From: an uncultured Muribaculaceae bacterium
Lineage (GTDB): Bacteria; Bacteroidota; Bacteroidia; Bacteroidales; UBA932
NCBI GenBank assembly: GCA_964450725.1
Contig: CAYVGO010000005.1
Span: 5,416 to 69,415 of the forward strand
DNA: 64,000 bases
Direction of reading: 5' to 3'
Shown here: positions 38,975 to 50,200 of the stretch, one piece after another
Position numbering within the stretch: the first letter of the stretch is position 1
Layout: every line of letters begins with the position of its first letter
Translations under genes and position numbers: made by a program
Notes under the pieces: model-generated
Told to the model about the DNA's origin: nothing
The model's database searches: none
The model's input: only the letters and a program-made list of their open reading frames with translations

Positions 38975-40060
38975 CTATTTCTTGACTAAAGATAGAGAGT
39001 AAAGTTCAATATATCGATCCCAAGCCTCACCTTCGGTAATAGGACTGACTGTAATTTTTGCTGTTACCACTCCTTCTGTTGTAACTTTTACATCGGCAGT
39101 AAATGTACTTGTGTTATCTGCTACATATCCCGAATGATCTGCCAATTGTTGATTCGGGTCGATCTCAACTCCTTCTACATTTAACCATATTCCCCAACTT
39201 GATTTGTAACTGATGGTTAATGTATAAATTCCTGCCGGTAAGACTTCTGTCCAAGTGGAGGCTTTTCTTTCGGCTATGCCATCTCCCCAAGTACCTAAAA
39301 AGTAATATCCGGATTCTGCTCCGGGTTTTACTGACCAACCATTCTTCCCCCAATCGGGTGCGGCATTTTCTGTTAATGTGGGTTCACAATACCAACCATC
39401 TAAAGTTATAGGCGTTGCTGTATTATATTTTGAAAAATCACCATTGGAAAACAGGTTAACAATAGCCGTCGTTACTGTTACAGTACAAGTTGCAGTCTTA
39501 TTACCGTCTTCGGTTTTAACCGTAATGACTGCCGTACCTGCCGCTACTGCGGTTATTTTTCCGGTATTGTCAACGGTAGCAAATTCAGGTTTGTCTGACG
39601 ACCAGGTTATACTATTGTTTGTCGCATTAGCTGGAGCAATGGAGGCTAACAAAGTTTCCTCTGCTCCTGTAAAGAGTGATAATGTGGTCTGGTTAAGTGT
39701 TACTCCGGTTACAGGAATCGTACTCTCCGTTACTGTTACAGTACAGGTTGCCGTCTTATTTCCGTCTTCGGTTTTAACCGTAACGATTGTCGTACCTACC
39801 GCTACTGCAGTTACTTTTCCGGTATTGTCAACGGTAGCAAATTCAGGTTTGTCTGACGACCAGATGACTTTGTTGTTGGTTGCGTTATCCGGTAAGACCG
39901 TTGTGATGAGTGTTTCCGTGTTCCCTATTACTAAGGAGAGAGTCGTTTTGTTGAGCGTAACCCCGCTAACATTAACAGTCGTATCGGCTTTATCATCACA
40001 AGAGATAAAAAATATGGCATTCAATGCCAAAGCAGAAAATAGACATAAATACTTTTTCAT
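38975..40060 (-). CDS. Surface lipoprotein: 2 x Big_2 Ig-like domains plus C-terminal CBM_4_9-like jelly-roll (candidate surface glycan-binding protein)
   Basis: Lipobox FFISCDDK; two ~86-aa Big_2 copies (VTLN.TTLSL...W.SSDKPEFATVDNTGK.TAV..GT); C-terminus begins NLFSNGDFSKYN...LDGW. Confidence 0.75.
   Translation of the reverse strand: MKKYLCLFSALALNAIFFISCDDKADTTVNVSGVTLNKTTLSLVIGNTETLITTVLPDNATNNKVIWSSDKPEFATVDNTGKVTAVAVGTTIVTVKTEDGNKTATCTVTVTESTIPVTGVTLNQTTLSLFTGAEETLLASIAPANATNNSITWSSDKPEFATVDNTGKITAVAAGTAVITVKTEDGNKTATCTVTVTTAIVNLFSNGDFSKYNTATPITLDGWYCEPTLTENAAPDWGKNGWSVKPGAESGYYFLGTWGDGIAERKASTWTEVLPAGIYTLTISYKSSWGIWLNVEGVEIDPNQQLADHSGYVADNTSTFTADVKVTTEGVVTAKITVSPITEGEAWDRYIELYSLSLVKK
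39461..39970. repeat. Tandem 258-bp intragenic duplication (two Big_2 modules)
   Basis: The 49-nt string TTTTCCGGTATTGTCAACGGTAGCAAATTCAGGTTTGTCTGACGACCAG occurs twice, 258 bp apart, and the flanks are highly similar. Confidence 0.85.
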
Positions 40061-40205
40061 AACTAAAACAATTTAAAGGTGAGTTCTATAATGAATTGAA
40101 AATGCTGTGAGAGAATAAGAACTCATACTTTCTCCGACAACAACGGTTATTTCGTCGTATTTCAACCTCTGTTTATTCTGCAGTAAAAACGGTGGTTGAA
40201 GATTA

Positions 40206-41303
40206 TCACGGAATTGGTGTAAGCGTGTAGGTATAACTTGCCGGATTAGTTGTTACGTCTACCGTGAGTACAAATGTTCCGGCTACCGGATTGACGATAT
40301 TATCTCCGTTAAGTACTAACTCTCCCGATACATTGCCCGACCCTAACTGATATAACCACAATGATGTTCCGGCTTTATCGGCAGGTACGAGTTTGAACTG
40401 TGAATTGGCTGCCGAAAAAGTAACAGTAGCACTATAGGTTTTGGTGGCTGCATTCCACACTAATGGCGTATTTGTAGCATTCCAACCATTAAAGTCTCCG
40501 TAAACATAAATATTGGAAAAGTAAACAAAACTCCATGTTTTGGCATTGATGTCAACTTGCAGATAATGAAGTCCGGACCCTTCATCTAACCAAAGTCCCC
40601 ACTGGGTTGTTTGATTATCATCAAGCATAAAACGCTGGTCAGGAACCGAACCGTAAACCAAGCCTGATGTATTGGCAAGCGATGTAAAGCGGAAGTTTAG
40701 CCAACCTGAAGCCGCATAGAGAAAACCATCGTATTTACCATCTTTGTTACGTGAGCAAAGCCGACTGTTGTCTGCAAAAGAGAGCGAAGCAATCTGTTGT
40801 CCTATGCCAATGTATAGATAATCGGCACCTGTATCATAAGGAGTTATTTTAAAAGAGAAGACATTACTGAATGTCGGAGGATTATTCGGACTTGAAGTTG
40901 TTTTTATTCGTACAAAAACTGTGGTGGGAACCCCTGCCGGAAGTTTCATATTCTTGGCATACAGATTAAGAACTTCTCCTGTAAAGAAGAGGGAATCAAA
41001 TTTGGTATATTCGGTTGGTTTACCAAAAGTTGCCACCGTATCAAGTTGAATGATGCTTGTAATAGCATTTGTTGCCAATTGGTAGTCAGGGTTATTCAAC
41101 TCCAGCGGTTTGACTTTCCAAGTAACCAATAAGACTGTATCCTTACTATTATTTTCTGACAATATAATCTCAGTTGCCGACAATTTTACATCATACGCAG
41201 GTTCCAAATTTGTTGTTGTCTTGAGCATCACTTCTGTATTATTGCATGAGATTACTAATGCTGCCAGCAAGAAAGACATGGTTAATTTCAAAATTGCTTT
41301 CAT
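40206..41303 (-). CDS. SusE/SusF-like outer-membrane lipoprotein
   Basis: 365 aa; lipobox LVISCNN; position directly after SusD; N-terminal SusE-like segment (LSATEIILSENNSKDTVLLVTWK). Confidence 0.7.
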   Translation of the reverse strand: MKAILKLTMSFLLAALVISCNNTEVMLKTTTNLEPAYDVKLSATEIILSENNSKDTVLLVTWKVKPLELNNPDYQLATNAITSIIQLDTVATFGKPTEYTKFDSLFFTGEVLNLYAKNMKLPAGVPTTVFVRIKTTSSPNNPPTFSNVFSFKITPYDTGADYLYIGIGQQIASLSFADNSRLCSRNKDGKYDGFLYAASGWLNFRFTSLANTSGLVYGSVPDQRFMLDDNQTTQWGLWLDEGSGLHYLQVDINAKTWSFVYFSNIYVYGDFNGWNATNTPLVWNAATKTYSATVTFSAANSQFKLVPADKAGTSLWLYQLGSGNVSGELVLNGDNIVNPVAGTFVLTVDVTTNPASYTYTLTPIP

Positions 41304-41322
41304 ATATAGAACTGTTTATGAG

Positions 41323-42855
41323 TTAATATCCTGTGGTTTGGGTTAGATTGGGATTGGCAACAATTTCGGTTGCAGGAATAGGATAAAGGTTATATTTTTT
41401 ATCGGTAGCCTGTCCGTTTTTGACATTGCCTTTCCATGACCAGATATAGTCTCCGCCGGTAAATCTATTATATCGAATCAAATCTGTACGGCGGAAACAT
41501 TCCCAATAAAGTTCGCGTCCGCGTTCAGTAAGTAATCCATCGAGAGTCAAATCATTATTGTTAATTGTATTGACCGCTGCACGAGTACGAAGCTGATTGA
41601 CATAATTCAATGCCGCAACTCTATCTCCTCCCTGCCCGCCACGGAGTACGGCTTCGGCGTAGTTTAAATAAATCTCAGCCAAACGGATGAGCGGATAATC
41701 CGTAGCAGCAACAGAAGGTTCTATCCCTGTAGCGGCACTACCGTTGTCAAGCAGATTATTGTATTTTACTACCAGATATCCGTCTTGTTGATTGGATAGC
41801 GTGGTGATTTCCAGACTCTGTCCTTCTTTATAGAATTTGAGACGCTTATCGGCATGGTTATCAAAAAATCCGAAACATTCGGGCTTTGCCCGTAAATTCC
41901 CCCACTTCCCAGCACCGGTAACACCATAATCGTCCGGATTCGCCGAACCTCCTAATGCTCCGGCAATAAGATAAATGGTTCCTGTCCAAACTTTACTGTG
42001 GGTCATGTCATACGTCAACGGAAAGATAATTTCATTCGTACGTTTGTGATTGTCTGCATTAAAGAGTTTTTGATAATCATTTTCTATGCTAAATCCTTGA
42101 CCAAAGACTTTATTGCAAGCATCAATACATTCTGTATATTTTGGCATCTTAATATAAGTTTCAGCATTCAGATAAAGTCGTGAAAGCAGAGCGTATGCAG
42201 CGCCTTTTGAGGCACGTCCATATTCGTTACTGCCATTATCGGGCAACAATTCGGCTATTTCCTTTAATTCGGCTTCGATATAAGTAAATAAATCATTGGC
42301 TGTAGTAGGTTGTGGAAGAAATGCTCCGACATTATCTTTTTCGGTAACAAAAGGAATATTGCCGCCATAGAGGTCAAGCATGCGTAACCACAGTATGGCT
42401 CTTACAAAGCGTACATCGTTGCGAAAACCTTGAATGATTTGCTGCTCTTCAGCGGAAAACCGACCGATTTTCTCATCAGTAGCATTACGTAAAAACTCGT
42501 TACAGAGTGCCAGATTGTAATAGGTACTATTAAACATTCCGGCAATAGGAATATCTTGAGAAGTCCATGTCATGGTCTGTACACCGTCAAGATTATCGGC
42601 AGGCCATGAATAAACAGCCTCATCGGTGGGTAGTTCCTGTAGGTTAAATAAACCGCGGATACCACTGGAAGTATTGTCGGGATTACCTGAAAGTTCAAAA
42701 AAGATTCCCGACATTACAGCACGGTAGCCATCTAAAGTAGCATAAGCATTCTTAGACGTAAATTGTTTTTCAGGAAACTGATCTAAGTCTTTGACACATG
42801 AAAATCCTGCGAACAACACCCAGAGAAAAAGTGTGATTTTATAATATGAGTTCAT
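41323..42855 (-). CDS. SusD/RagB-family nutrient-binding outer-membrane lipoprotein
   Basis: 510 aa from ATG 42855 (MNSYYKITLFLWVLFAGFSCVKD); the track start 42969 would overlap the susC-like gene by 89 nt. Confidence 0.9.
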   Translation of the reverse strand: MNSYYKITLFLWVLFAGFSCVKDLDQFPEKQFTSKNAYATLDGYRAVMSGIFFELSGNPDNTSSGIRGLFNLQELPTDEAVYSWPADNLDGVQTMTWTSQDIPIAGMFNSTYYNLALCNEFLRNATDEKIGRFSAEEQQIIQGFRNDVRFVRAILWLRMLDLYGGNIPFVTEKDNVGAFLPQPTTANDLFTYIEAELKEIAELLPDNGSNEYGRASKGAAYALLSRLYLNAETYIKMPKYTECIDACNKVFGQGFSIENDYQKLFNADNHKRTNEIIFPLTYDMTHSKVWTGTIYLIAGALGGSANPDDYGVTGAGKWGNLRAKPECFGFFDNHADKRLKFYKEGQSLEITTLSNQQDGYLVVKYNNLLDNGSAATGIEPSVAATDYPLIRLAEIYLNYAEAVLRGGQGGDRVAALNYVNQLRTRAAVNTINNNDLTLDGLLTERGRELYWECFRRTDLIRYNRFTGGDYIWSWKGNVKNGQATDKKYNLYPIPATEIVANPNLTQTTGY

Positions 42856-42880
42856 AACGTTATTATTTTGAGTGAATACA

Positions 42881-45856
42881 CTAAAAGCCAAAAGTAAGAT
42901 TGAGCGAATAAATTCGGGGACGAGGATAAATATCACTATCGTATCCGCTCGATACTTCGGGGTCAACACCTTGATACTTGGTCACTACAAAAACATTTTG
43001 TACCAATGCTCCTACCTTCAGAGAGAAGTATTTTGCCAATTGACCGAAGTCGTAAGAAAGAGAGAGATTTTCCATTTTAAGGAAAGAGGCATTTTCAAGA
43101 TAATAGTCTGTAAGAATTTGTTGATTCACAAAACCGCTATTGACAAAGTCGGCAGATACATTATTCAAAATCCCCGGCAAATACATCACATCTGCCAACG
43201 AAGAAGCACGTTGTGCGTTGTAAACATAGTTGCCGACATTGGCACGTAAAACTGCAGAGAGTGTCAGTTTCTTCCATGAAACGGAAGTATTGATACCGAA
43301 AATAAAGTCGGGCATGGGTTTTTGGGTACGGTAAAAATCAGCATTAGTGAATTGTCCGTCCTTATTGAGGTCGGCAAACATTCCCTCAACAGGTCTGCCG
43401 TTTTGGTCATAGACTTGCTTTTTGAGATAAAACATATAGGGTGCATAACCCTCTGTTAAGATTTGTAGCGTACTTCCTCCAACAGACGAGACTACGGGTC
43501 CTGCTTGTAAGCCCGGGTCTTGAGCCAGTTTTAATGATGTAATCTGCTGTTGCTGATATGTGGCATTGACTCCCAACGACCAATTCCAATCTTTTGTAGC
43601 AATGATAATACCGTTTAAGGCAAGTTCTATTCCTTGACTGGTAAGACTACCGACGTTGGTGGTTATTTTGTTGGTAATATTTGATCCGGCAGGGGCTGTT
43701 ACAGTAGCAATCAGATTGGTAGTAGAGCGATAATAATAATCTAAACTACCGGTCAAGCGGTAATCTAAGAATGCGAAATCAAGACCGGCGTTATAGGCAT
43801 TGGTAGTTTCCCATCGTAAATTGGCATCATAAGAAGCGGGTACGTATCCGGGATAAAAATTATTACCAAACTGGTAAGCATGTTGTTGGTCTCCGACATT
43901 ATATATTCCGAGATAACCGTAATTTCCAATACCGTCTTGCTGTCCTGTTACCCCCCACCCTACACGCAGTTTTAGGTCATTCAAAGGCTTTACATCTTTG
44001 AGAAAACTTTCATTCTTGATGTTCCAAGCGGCAGCTACCGAAGGGAAAATACCCCAGCGATTTTCCGGCGCAAAACGTGAAGTACCGTCAGTACGCAAAG
44101 TTGCCGTAATCATATAACGACCGTCGTAACTATAATTGACACGTCCGTAAAATGATAATAACACATGACGCTGATAATCTCCAATACCGACATAAGTTGT
44201 ATCTACTTTATCGGGAGTCATTGTCCGTACGTTCTTAACAGTAGAAATCCAATCTTGATAATCATAACCCAATGTTACATCGACGGTACTTTTGATACTT
44301 TCAATTTCTTTATTGTAATTCAAATATGCCGAGAGTAGTTTGTTGGTATTGGTTTGTGATTGAGTACTCAAATACCCTTTTTGGTCTGTAGTAAAAAATG
44401 CGGGAGCCGCTTGAGGATAGACCACATCTATACGATTTCCGCGAGCACCGTCAAATCCTAAGGTCAGATGAGCCCGCAATTCGGGCAAAAAGTGCATCTT
44501 GTAATCAATATCAAAATTCCCGATTAATCGGTCAATATCACCGGTATGTTTTTCTTGCGTAGGGTCAAGAATGGCTAAAGGGTTATAGGGTTGTACGGAG
44601 TTAATGGGTTTACCGTTATTATCTAAGAATTGGGTATATCCGCCATAAACCTCATTATTGCCGGAGTAAATCGGTAACGTAGGATTAAAAATACGGGCAA
44701 ACCCTATGGCTTGTGTATTGGCATAACGATTTTGATTGATAGCACCTTTCAGGTTGAGTGTAAGTTTAAGATGATTTTGGAAAAACGAAGGTGAAAGTTG
44801 GAGATTGCCCGTATATCGCTGATAGTTGTCGCTTTTTAAAATTCCGTCTTGGTACATATAACCCAGCGATACCCGAAAGGGTAACACTTTGGCAATATTG
44901 CCCGAAACACTTACATTGTTATCTGTTCCTGCGGCAGGGCGAAAAATCTCTTTGTTCCAATCTGTCCATGTATCTCCCAAGGCATTTTCATAAGAAGTAC
45001 CATCTAAAGTCCCTCTCTGCCGAACGGCTTGACGGAATTGGCTTTCGTCAAGCATTTTGGGTATACGTGTTTTAGTTTGCAATGATGTATTGGTCGAGAA
45101 AATAACCTTCAGTCTTTCATTCTCTCGGGCACGTTTGGTGGTAATCAATACTACTCCGTTGGAAGCCCGAGAACCGTAAATAGCCGTTGATGAAGCATCT
45201 TTAAGAATTGTCATGTTTTCAATGTCATTGGGGTTAATCAATGAAAGAAAGTTACCTGAACCGGTAATTCCTCCGGTTTCTAACGGTACGCCATCAACAA
45301 CAATCAATGGGTCATTGCTGGCATTGAGTGAGGCTCCGCCACGGATACGAATAGAGGGACCCGATGTCGGGGATCCGTTACCTTGTAAAATCTGTACTCC
45401 GGCAACCTTACCGTTGAGCAATTCAGCCGGAGAACTGAGTAACCCCGGATTAAAATCTTTGGCCGTTACACTGCTGACAGAGCCGGTCAAATCTTTTTTA
45501 CGGGCAGTACCATACCCTACTACCACCACATCATCTAACATTGCTGCAGTGGGTGCAAGTAAAATAACCATATTGTTTTCAGGCTTTATCTCCTGTTTTT
45601 CATACCCTAAGTAATCTATCACAAGGATTGCTCCTGTTGGTACTTGTAAGGAAAAGTTTCCGTTAACGTCTGCCACCACACCCACAGTAGTTCCTTTAAT
45701 AATAACACTTGCTCCGACAAGAGATTCTCCCGTAGAAGCATCTTTGATTATTCCACTGACCGAAATATTTTGGGCTATTGCCCATTGTGAGCAAAGCAGT
45801 AATAATAAAATGAACTGCCACTCACGTTTAAACTTACATAAATGATAGATTTTCAT
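42881..45856 (-). CDS. SusC/RagA-family TonB-dependent outer-membrane transporter
   Basis: 991 aa; carboxypeptidase-regulatory-like N-domain (GIIKDASTGESLVGASVIIKGT), plug, barrel ending in ...LNLTFGF. Confidence 0.95.
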   Translation of the reverse strand: MKIYHLCKFKREWQFILLLLLCSQWAIAQNISVSGIIKDASTGESLVGASVIIKGTTVGVVADVNGNFSLQVPTGAILVIDYLGYEKQEIKPENNMVILLAPTAAMLDDVVVVGYGTARKKDLTGSVSSVTAKDFNPGLLSSPAELLNGKVAGVQILQGNGSPTSGPSIRIRGGASLNASNDPLIVVDGVPLETGGITGSGNFLSLINPNDIENMTILKDASSTAIYGSRASNGVVLITTKRARENERLKVIFSTNTSLQTKTRIPKMLDESQFRQAVRQRGTLDGTSYENALGDTWTDWNKEIFRPAAGTDNNVSVSGNIAKVLPFRVSLGYMYQDGILKSDNYQRYTGNLQLSPSFFQNHLKLTLNLKGAINQNRYANTQAIGFARIFNPTLPIYSGNNEVYGGYTQFLDNNGKPINSVQPYNPLAILDPTQEKHTGDIDRLIGNFDIDYKMHFLPELRAHLTLGFDGARGNRIDVVYPQAAPAFFTTDQKGYLSTQSQTNTNKLLSAYLNYNKEIESIKSTVDVTLGYDYQDWISTVKNVRTMTPDKVDTTYVGIGDYQRHVLLSFYGRVNYSYDGRYMITATLRTDGTSRFAPENRWGIFPSVAAAWNIKNESFLKDVKPLNDLKLRVGWGVTGQQDGIGNYGYLGIYNVGDQQHAYQFGNNFYPGYVPASYDANLRWETTNAYNAGLDFAFLDYRLTGSLDYYYRSTTNLIATVTAPAGSNITNKITTNVGSLTSQGIELALNGIIIATKDWNWSLGVNATYQQQQITSLKLAQDPGLQAGPVVSSVGGSTLQILTEGYAPYMFYLKKQVYDQNGRPVEGMFADLNKDGQFTNADFYRTQKPMPDFIFGINTSVSWKKLTLSAVLRANVGNYVYNAQRASSLADVMYLPGILNNVSADFVNSGFVNQQILTDYYLENASFLKMENLSLSYDFGQLAKYFSLKVGALVQNVFVVTKYQGVDPEVSSGYDSDIYPRPRIYSLNLTFGF

Positions 45857-46029
45857 AGATTAAATAATTTTATAGTTTGATAATAACTTTCTTGTAAGGT
45901 CAAGGGAAAAAGCCTTTCCGGCTCTTGGTGTATTATATTCTTGCATCGATAATTATTTCCTACTGAGGGTAAAATTCATTGCATTGTAAGGATATCTCAA
46001 TCATCCCTTTACCGTTCATCCTTTTCTCA

Positions 46030-47094
46030 TTACTGAAAAGCATCTAATGCTTGCAGGGGTTTTCCGTCATCTCCCCAACATCCTAAAGCATAACCCTTAC
46101 TCCATGTGCGCGGAGCCTCAGGTTCCCAGTAAAATACTCCGAGTGCATCGCTGCTTTGTGCTGTTGTGAGTAAATCTCCTAACATCTGATAAACATCATT
46201 GTTATATTTATCAGCCTCTCCTCCTGTTTCAACAATCATTACAGGTTTTCCAAAGCGTTGAGGTAAATCGGTGATATTGGTTTTAAGTTGTTCTAGCGAC
46301 GGTTTGTAATCCTTGTGTCCGGCAGGGTCAAGCCAGTAAGGATAATATGATAGTCCGATAACGTCATACTGTACATTGTGATTTTTGATACCTGCAAAGA
46401 ACCATTGTGATAATGTAGCATCATTTCCTTTGTCAATGTGTATAATGACCTTGATGTTACTGTCAACATCTTTGACGGCTTTCGAGCCGCTGTTGAGAAG
46501 TTGAGCCAAAGGAGCAAAATTATTATTGACTATTTTTCCGAGTGGCCATAACATACCGCCGGGAATTTCGTTACCAATCTGCACCCATTCCGGAGTAATC
46601 CCTATACTTTTGAGAGTATCCAATACATGCTTAGTGTAATCGTAAACGGCAGTTTTAAGTTGTGATAAGTCGTGGTTTTTCCATGCTGTAGGGAGATTTT
46701 GTTTGGCGGGATCTGCCCAAGAGTCACTGTAGTGAAAGTTAAGCATTATGCGGAAACCTTTTTCTTTTGCTCTTAAACACATTTGTGCTACTTCTTGGGT
46801 AGAACAATGTCCGCTTTGGGGGTCGCTTGAGGGTTTATAAAACAGTCTGAACCGTAAACTGTTGAACCCTTTATTTTTGAGAATATCCAAACAGTCTGAA
46901 GGTTTATTGTTACTGTCTTTAAAGATAAATCCTGTGGCTTCCATTTGCTGTAACCAACCTACATCTGCACCTTTGGCAAAGGCCGAAGGTTTCTCCGGTT
47001 CGGGGTTATTGTGGGTATTTGCTTTACTGTTACAGTTTAAAAAGAGGATGATACAACCCAATAATGATGATAAATAGAATAAATAGTTTTTCAT
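46030..47094 (-). CDS. GH53 endo-beta-1,4-galactanase, lipoprotein
   Basis: 354 aa; lipobox ILFLNCNS; FAKGADVGWL; acid/base motif VQIGNEI; nucleophile motif MIVETGGE. Confidence 0.85.
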   Translation of the reverse strand: MKNYLFYLSSLLGCIILFLNCNSKANTHNNPEPEKPSAFAKGADVGWLQQMEATGFIFKDSNNKPSDCLDILKNKGFNSLRFRLFYKPSSDPQSGHCSTQEVAQMCLRAKEKGFRIMLNFHYSDSWADPAKQNLPTAWKNHDLSQLKTAVYDYTKHVLDTLKSIGITPEWVQIGNEIPGGMLWPLGKIVNNNFAPLAQLLNSGSKAVKDVDSNIKVIIHIDKGNDATLSQWFFAGIKNHNVQYDVIGLSYYPYWLDPAGHKDYKPSLEQLKTNITDLPQRFGKPVMIVETGGEADKYNNDVYQMLGDLLTTAQSSDALGVFYWEPEAPRTWSKGYALGCWGDDGKPLQALDAFQ

Positions 47095-47134
47095 AGTGTG
47101 TATTGATTAAGATGAAATATATGATTCAGAAACT

Positions 47135-47142
47135 CAAAATTA
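47135..47142 (-). promoter_or_regulatory. Candidate -7 box TAATTTTG for GH53-susC-susD (alternative TATGTTTG at 47149-47156)
   Basis: Plus strand reads CAAAATTA; 40 nt upstream of ATG 47094. Confidence 0.4.
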
Positions 47143-47241
47143 ATGTTGCAAACATATAATCTTTACAAATAAGTTATCAATAATAATTGGACAAATAGCG
47201 ACAATATTTGGACATTTGACATTATTTTGAAAATTATATCC

Positions 47242-47249
47242 TAAATTTG
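47242..47249 (+). promoter_or_regulatory. Candidate -7 box TAAATTTG for the HTCS gene
   Basis: 21 nt upstream of ATG 47271. Confidence 0.45.
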
Positions 47250-47270
47250 AAAATAAATCTTTGATATATT

Positions 47271-50200
47271 ATGCGCCGATTCATTGTTTTTACAATATTT
47301 GTTCTAACTCTTGATTCTCTTCTGGCACTTCCTGTCAATAAACAAAGAAAGTTTGAGAACTATTTTAGTGCAATGCAACAAATCAATGCCTTTTTTCAAG
47401 ATAAAAAAGGTCAAATATGGTGTTCTACCACTGACGGATTATTACTTTTTGACGGACAATCTTTTGTCAAACAAACTTCTTTCACATCTAAAGGATTAGA
47501 TGCTTTTACGGTCTATTGCTTAATTCAGCAGTCTGACAGTCTGTTTTTATTAGGAACAAGTAACGGATTGGTAATCTTTGATGCTGTGCATAATCATTAC
47601 AAACAAATTAATTTTACTGAACGCTTTGACATTCGTTCTCTTTGTTCACTTGCAGACAATACTTTACTTTTGGGGACAATGTCGGGATTATTTCGTATCA
47701 ATTTAACCACAGAAACGATTATTCCATTCCCTGAAACAAAAAATCAAATTATTCATGCCATACATGCTCTTTCTGAAGATAAAATTTTAGTAGGAGGTTA
47801 TCAGCAACTTTTTATGGTTAAGATAGAAAGGAGTCAAACATACTCTATTGCTCAAATCAACCTGCCCAATAGCCAAAATGGTTTGGTTTTATCGATGATG
47901 TATGATAAAAATTCTGACAATATATTGATTGGAACAGAGGGTAGTTTATTAAAAATGAGTGTCAAAAGCCATAAAATTAGCTCTATTAACAAGTTAAACA
48001 ACAATTCTATTAAGGCCATTCTTGTTACCCAAGATAATCATTGGTGGTTAGGTTCAGATAACGGACTTTATATTTATAATCCGGCAGATAATAGTATTGA
48101 ACACCTTCTACATCGCTTTAATTTCTCTCAATCTTTGATAGACAATGTTGTCTGGTCAATATTTCAGGATAAAGATAACAATATCTGGTTAGGTACAGAC
48201 AGCGGTATTTCACTCTATAGGCACTCCCCCATCTTTACCACTTACTATTGGAATGAGTTGGCAGAAACCGGAGAAGGTAATCGTATATCTTCTATTTTTT
48301 ATGATAGTTTTAATAACCTTTGGCTTGGAGGTTCTAACGGTTTGTGCTGTTATAACTTTAGTAACGGTCAATCTCGGCTTTTTAAAATGAAAGAGAGTCA
48401 AGATTTAATTGCTCATAATCATATTCGCTATTGTTTTGAAGATAGAGACAGAAACTTTTGGATGGCTTCTGACGGAGGATTAAGTTTTTATGATCGGACA
48501 AATCATCGCTTTATTCGCTTTTCTATTTGTGATTCATCGCAGACTCGGCATATTGACTGGCTCTACCATATTACCGAAGACAATGAAGGATTTTTATGGT
48601 TGACCACTTATCAACACGGAGTGTTTAAAGTCAATAAAAAGAATTTACTTACCCAAAAATCTTCACCTTATATTGCCGATAATAATTGGCACAAAGGGAC
48701 ATCTCCAGAAAATTTATCGCTGAGCAGAATACAAAATGCAACACTTGACAAAAAGGGAAATCTATGGGTGGCAACCACAAAAGATGGTGTAAATCAAATT
48801 AACAGACTTACGGGAAAGATTACAAGATTCAATAACTCAAGAGGAGATGTTATCATTCCTTCTAATGAAATTTTTTATATTTTATGTGATATGAACGGAA
48901 AAATATGGTTAGGAATGAATGGTCAGATTGTTGTATTAGATCCGGAAACGTATCAGATAAAATCACTTTCTAACCCTTTTTTCAAGAATAAAAGCATCAT
49001 TTCAATGACCGAAGAGGGTGAAAGAATTTGGTGTGCCACACCTCAAGACATATTTTACATAGAAAAAAAATCACAACATATCTTCCCTTTATTATTGGAA
49101 AAAGGTTATTTCAATTCAATTTATTATGATACTGAAAAACATGATATTTGGGTAGGTGGTAACGATAAATGCTTGGTTTTTAATCCTACAGATGCCGTAA
49201 ATTTCAATAATGATGAACATACTCCCGTTCTGACTTCACTATATATCAACGAACAGCCTGTGATTGTCGGAGAGTCATATAACAGTCATACCATTCTTAA
49301 GCAAAGTTTATTGTACACCCGACAAATAAATCTGACACATCAACAAAACAATGTAAGTTTTGTACTTTCTCCTTCATTTTACTCAGATTTACCATATCAG
49401 CCCTATCAGTACAGACTTGAAGGTTTAGATAACCAATGGCGTACTATCAATAAATTGCCTGTAAAACTCACTTTTTCTAATTTAAATCCGGGAGAATATA
49501 CATTAATCATCAAACAACATAATAATCTGCCGGCAAAAAAAGATTACTCTTATCAACTGAATATTCTTATTAACAATGCTTGGTATTGGTCAATCACCGC
49601 CAGAACTATTTATTTAATCCTTTTCGTTGCTTTTATCATTTGGGTTTACAATTATTTCCGAATACGTTATCAGATGCGTATAGAAAAAATAAATCGACAA
49701 AAGATTGAAGAACTGACAGATTTGAAAATCAAATTTTTGACTAACGTTTCTCATGAATTTAAAACTCCTTTAAGTCTGATTATTTCACCTGTAAATCAAC
49801 TCATACACGAAGTTAAAAATCATGCAGTCAAACAAACGCTATCATTAGTACATCATAACGCGTTGCAACTGAATGCTCTCTTACATCGGTTGCTTGATTT
49901 CAACAATTCTTCACTTCCAGAGAACAGTTTGACTTGCTGCAAATTAGAAATCGTAGAGTTTTGTCGAGGTATTTTGGGTATGTACCAAGACAGTTATCCT
50001 CAATTAAACTTCCATTTTCACACAGAAACTACAACACTCTACCTTTATGCAGATATTGTAAAAATAGAATCAATTCTCAACAATTTACTCTCCAATGCCT
50101 GTAAGTTTACACCTCAAAATGGCTCTATCACACTATCTGTCAATCAATCGGATAATGATGTAGTGATTATCATTACAGATACGGGAGCCGGTATTCCTGA

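Noticed and set aside
39378-40076. 232-aa plus-strand ORF
   Set aside because: It is antisense to the Big_2 lipoprotein gene. Its open frame is a by-product of the repetitive VTVT/TA-rich coding repeats, and the minus-strand product has a clear lipoprotein signal and domains.
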